This document shows, piece after piece, positions 61,904-64,000 of a DNA stretch of 64,000 bases (position 1 is its first letter; each line of letters begins with the position of its first letter). Below the pieces are notes generated by a model, which was not told where the DNA came from, ran no database searches, and saw nothing but the letters and a program-made list of their open reading frames with translations. Source of the stretch: Octopus vulgaris. Its lineage: Eukaryota. The position numbers and the translations under genes were made by a program. The DNA lies in contig OX597831.1 of NCBI GenBank assembly GCA_951406725.2, forward strand, positions 1,798,001-1,862,000, in the 5' to 3' direction.

Positions 61904-62140
61904 TGCCTAGCCATGCTCATCGGCCCGGTTTCCTGGTTTCAATGGCGTATGTGTTCCCCTGCTAGACGGGACGCCAGTCCATTGCAGTGTTACTCCTTTT
62001 TGCCAGCTGAGTAGACTGGAGCAACGTGAAATGAAGTGTTTTGCTCAAGAGCACAACGTGTCGCCCGGTCCAGGAATCGAAACCACAATCTTACAATCAT
62101 GATTGCTTACACCCTAACCACTAAGCCACGCACCTCCACA
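61904..62140 (-). mobile_element. SINE family G (tRNA head, CORE-like block, V-domain-like block); older copy at about 45578-45812
   Basis: Minus strand: gtggcttagtggttagg / ggtttcgattcc / gtgctcttgagcaaaacact / ctgcaatggactggcgtcccgtctag. Confidence 0.7.
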
Positions 62141-63862
62141 CATCATTATGATATATTAAAAAATTTTTTTGAAGATAATTGTAAATAGTGACAAAAACCA
62201 AAAAGATACGTATATTGTGTCCTTGAGCAAGACACTTTATTTCACATTGCTCCAGTCCAATCAGCTGGCTTAAAATGAGTTGTACCGATAATTCAAATGG
62301 GCCAACTTTGTCACATCCTGTGTCATACTGAATCTCTCTGAGAACTATGTTAAGAGTATGCTTGTCTGCTGAGTGCTCGGCCACTTGCATGTTATTTCAA
62401 GAGCAGACTGTTCCATTGATTGGATCAACTTTAGAACACTTGTTGTTGTAACCAACAGAACGCTGGTAGTAGGTGTATGCAGAACTATATTATGTTATGT
62501 GCTCTTTCTTTGTAAGATGGTAGAATGTTATTTGGAAAAGATTTTGCTGCTCTTTCTAGTAGGTCAAGCAACCATATAAAGTCTTCCCGTTTGACAGAGT
62601 TTATATCAGTTACATTTATGTATTTTAGAAGTGTAGGTCACAAACAGAAGAGAGGGAGTGAGAGAGAGAGAGACCAGAGGAGGTAGTTGTTGAGAGGAAG
62701 ACACAGAATGTTCTCAATAGATAATGTGTGAAATAAAAGGAGAGAGAGAGAGAGAGAGAGAAAAGCAGCTTTTGAGAGAAAGAGAGTGAGATTAAGAGAG
62801 AGAGAGGAGGAGGGGAAAGAAAGAGACCAGCTGTTAATGTGTAGGTGGAAGTCATATTAAAAGTCTAGTTGTGTCAAGTAAGGGTAAGATAAAAACAAAA
62901 TCAGGGAAAGAGGGCAGGAGAGCATGAGTTTATAAGAGAGAGAGGGGAGAAAAAGTAAAGGGAAAGCATAAGGTTATGAGAGAGAGAGAAAAGTATAAAA
63001 GTTGTTTCAGAGGAAGAAAGCATCTAAGCATCATGACAAAAGGAGAAAGGGTGTAAAAGATAGGAAAAAAATACGAGATATAATGATGAGGTCAAATAAC
63101 AATTATACAACAAACATGTATGGCTCCTATGAGTTCAACAAGAGAAAACCTTTAGCATTCAGAGGCAGATTTTCTACAACTGGATACTTTGCATGTTACC
63201 AACCCTTACCTGTTTCCAAGGATTGCTAGACATATTTTTGCAACCTATCAGAAATGAATGACACTGCGCGCACACACACACACACAACACACAACAGTGA
63301 CCCCAATACTTATTTTTTAAACTTGGTACTTATTCTATTGATCACTTTTGCTGAAACGCTAAGTTACATAGATGTAAACAAGCCAAACATCAGTTGTTAA
63401 CTGTTAGGGAGGAGGCATACTCACAGACATATATGCGCATATACATACACACATCCATACAATGAGCTTCTGCGCAGTTTCTGTCTACCAAATCCACTCA
63501 CAAGGCATTGCTTGGTCAGGGGCTATAGTAGAGAACACTTGCCCAAGATGTCATGCAGTAGGACTGACCCTTAAACCTTCATACAGCCATGTTTACACCT
63601 AATAACTTTTTTTAAATACTTGAATTTTTCCCTGTCCAAAATTTACTGCCAAAAAAAGCTAGGTTGGTTTTGGAGACAACTTTGGAGGACCAAAAATTCC
63701 ATGTGAAATGAAGCAGGAATTGGAAAGATAGTGGCGATGCTTGAATGTTTACACTACATTTTTGCTCTATAAACTACATTGATTATTTTCCTAAATAACA
63801 GTAAATGTATTTGAGCCGTAATTGTTCATAGTCAAACACTGTCTGTCTGTCTGTCTTTTCAG

Positions 63863-64000
63863 ATGCTTCAGAGATTGCTGCTTCTAAAATAAAAACTATT
63901 GAACAACCCACTCCAGTGCTACATATCATGAACAATTTAAACGAAATGAAAAATAATCAGGAGAAAGTAACGGCCAAGACAGCTCTTCCGATTCCTTCTG
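63863..64000 (+). CDS. EPB41L5: FERM gene exon, truncated by the window end: (D)ASEIAASKIKTIEQPTPVLHIMNNLNEMKNNQEKVTAKTALPIPS
   Basis: gtcttttcag| acceptor, phase 1 fits the previous exon, frame open to the window end. Confidence 0.8.

Overview
AT-rich, repeat-dense eukaryotic DNA. The mix of microsatellites and tRNA-derived SINEs looks like an Octopus (coleoid cephalopod) genome; this is an inference. The only well-supported protein gene is a + strand FERM/FA-domain gene of the EPB41L5/EPB41L4B (Drosophila yurt) group. I assembled nine GT-AG, phase-compatible coding exons between 30528 and the window end. I did not find the N-terminal exons, so 1-30527 is probably one very long intron. Almost all other ORFs in the track are microsatellite or SINE artefacts. 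The introns contain many SINE families (labels A-H are my own), remnants of RTE and R4/Dong LINEs, a mariner fragment, TTAA MITEs, two Helitron-like elements, a probable solo LTR and several local duplications. The main second-look items are: (1) Penelope-type minimal hammerhead ribozyme motifs, one duplicated in a 76-bp inverted repeat; (2) SINE multimers joined at one fixed junction; (3) a retroposon family with modular 5' arrays of conserved hairpins with variable loops; (4) a candidate spliced antisense transcript; (5) inverted SINE pairs that bracket coding exons. No prokaryote-type system such as CRISPR is supported. Repeat boundaries were read by eye and may be off by a few bases.
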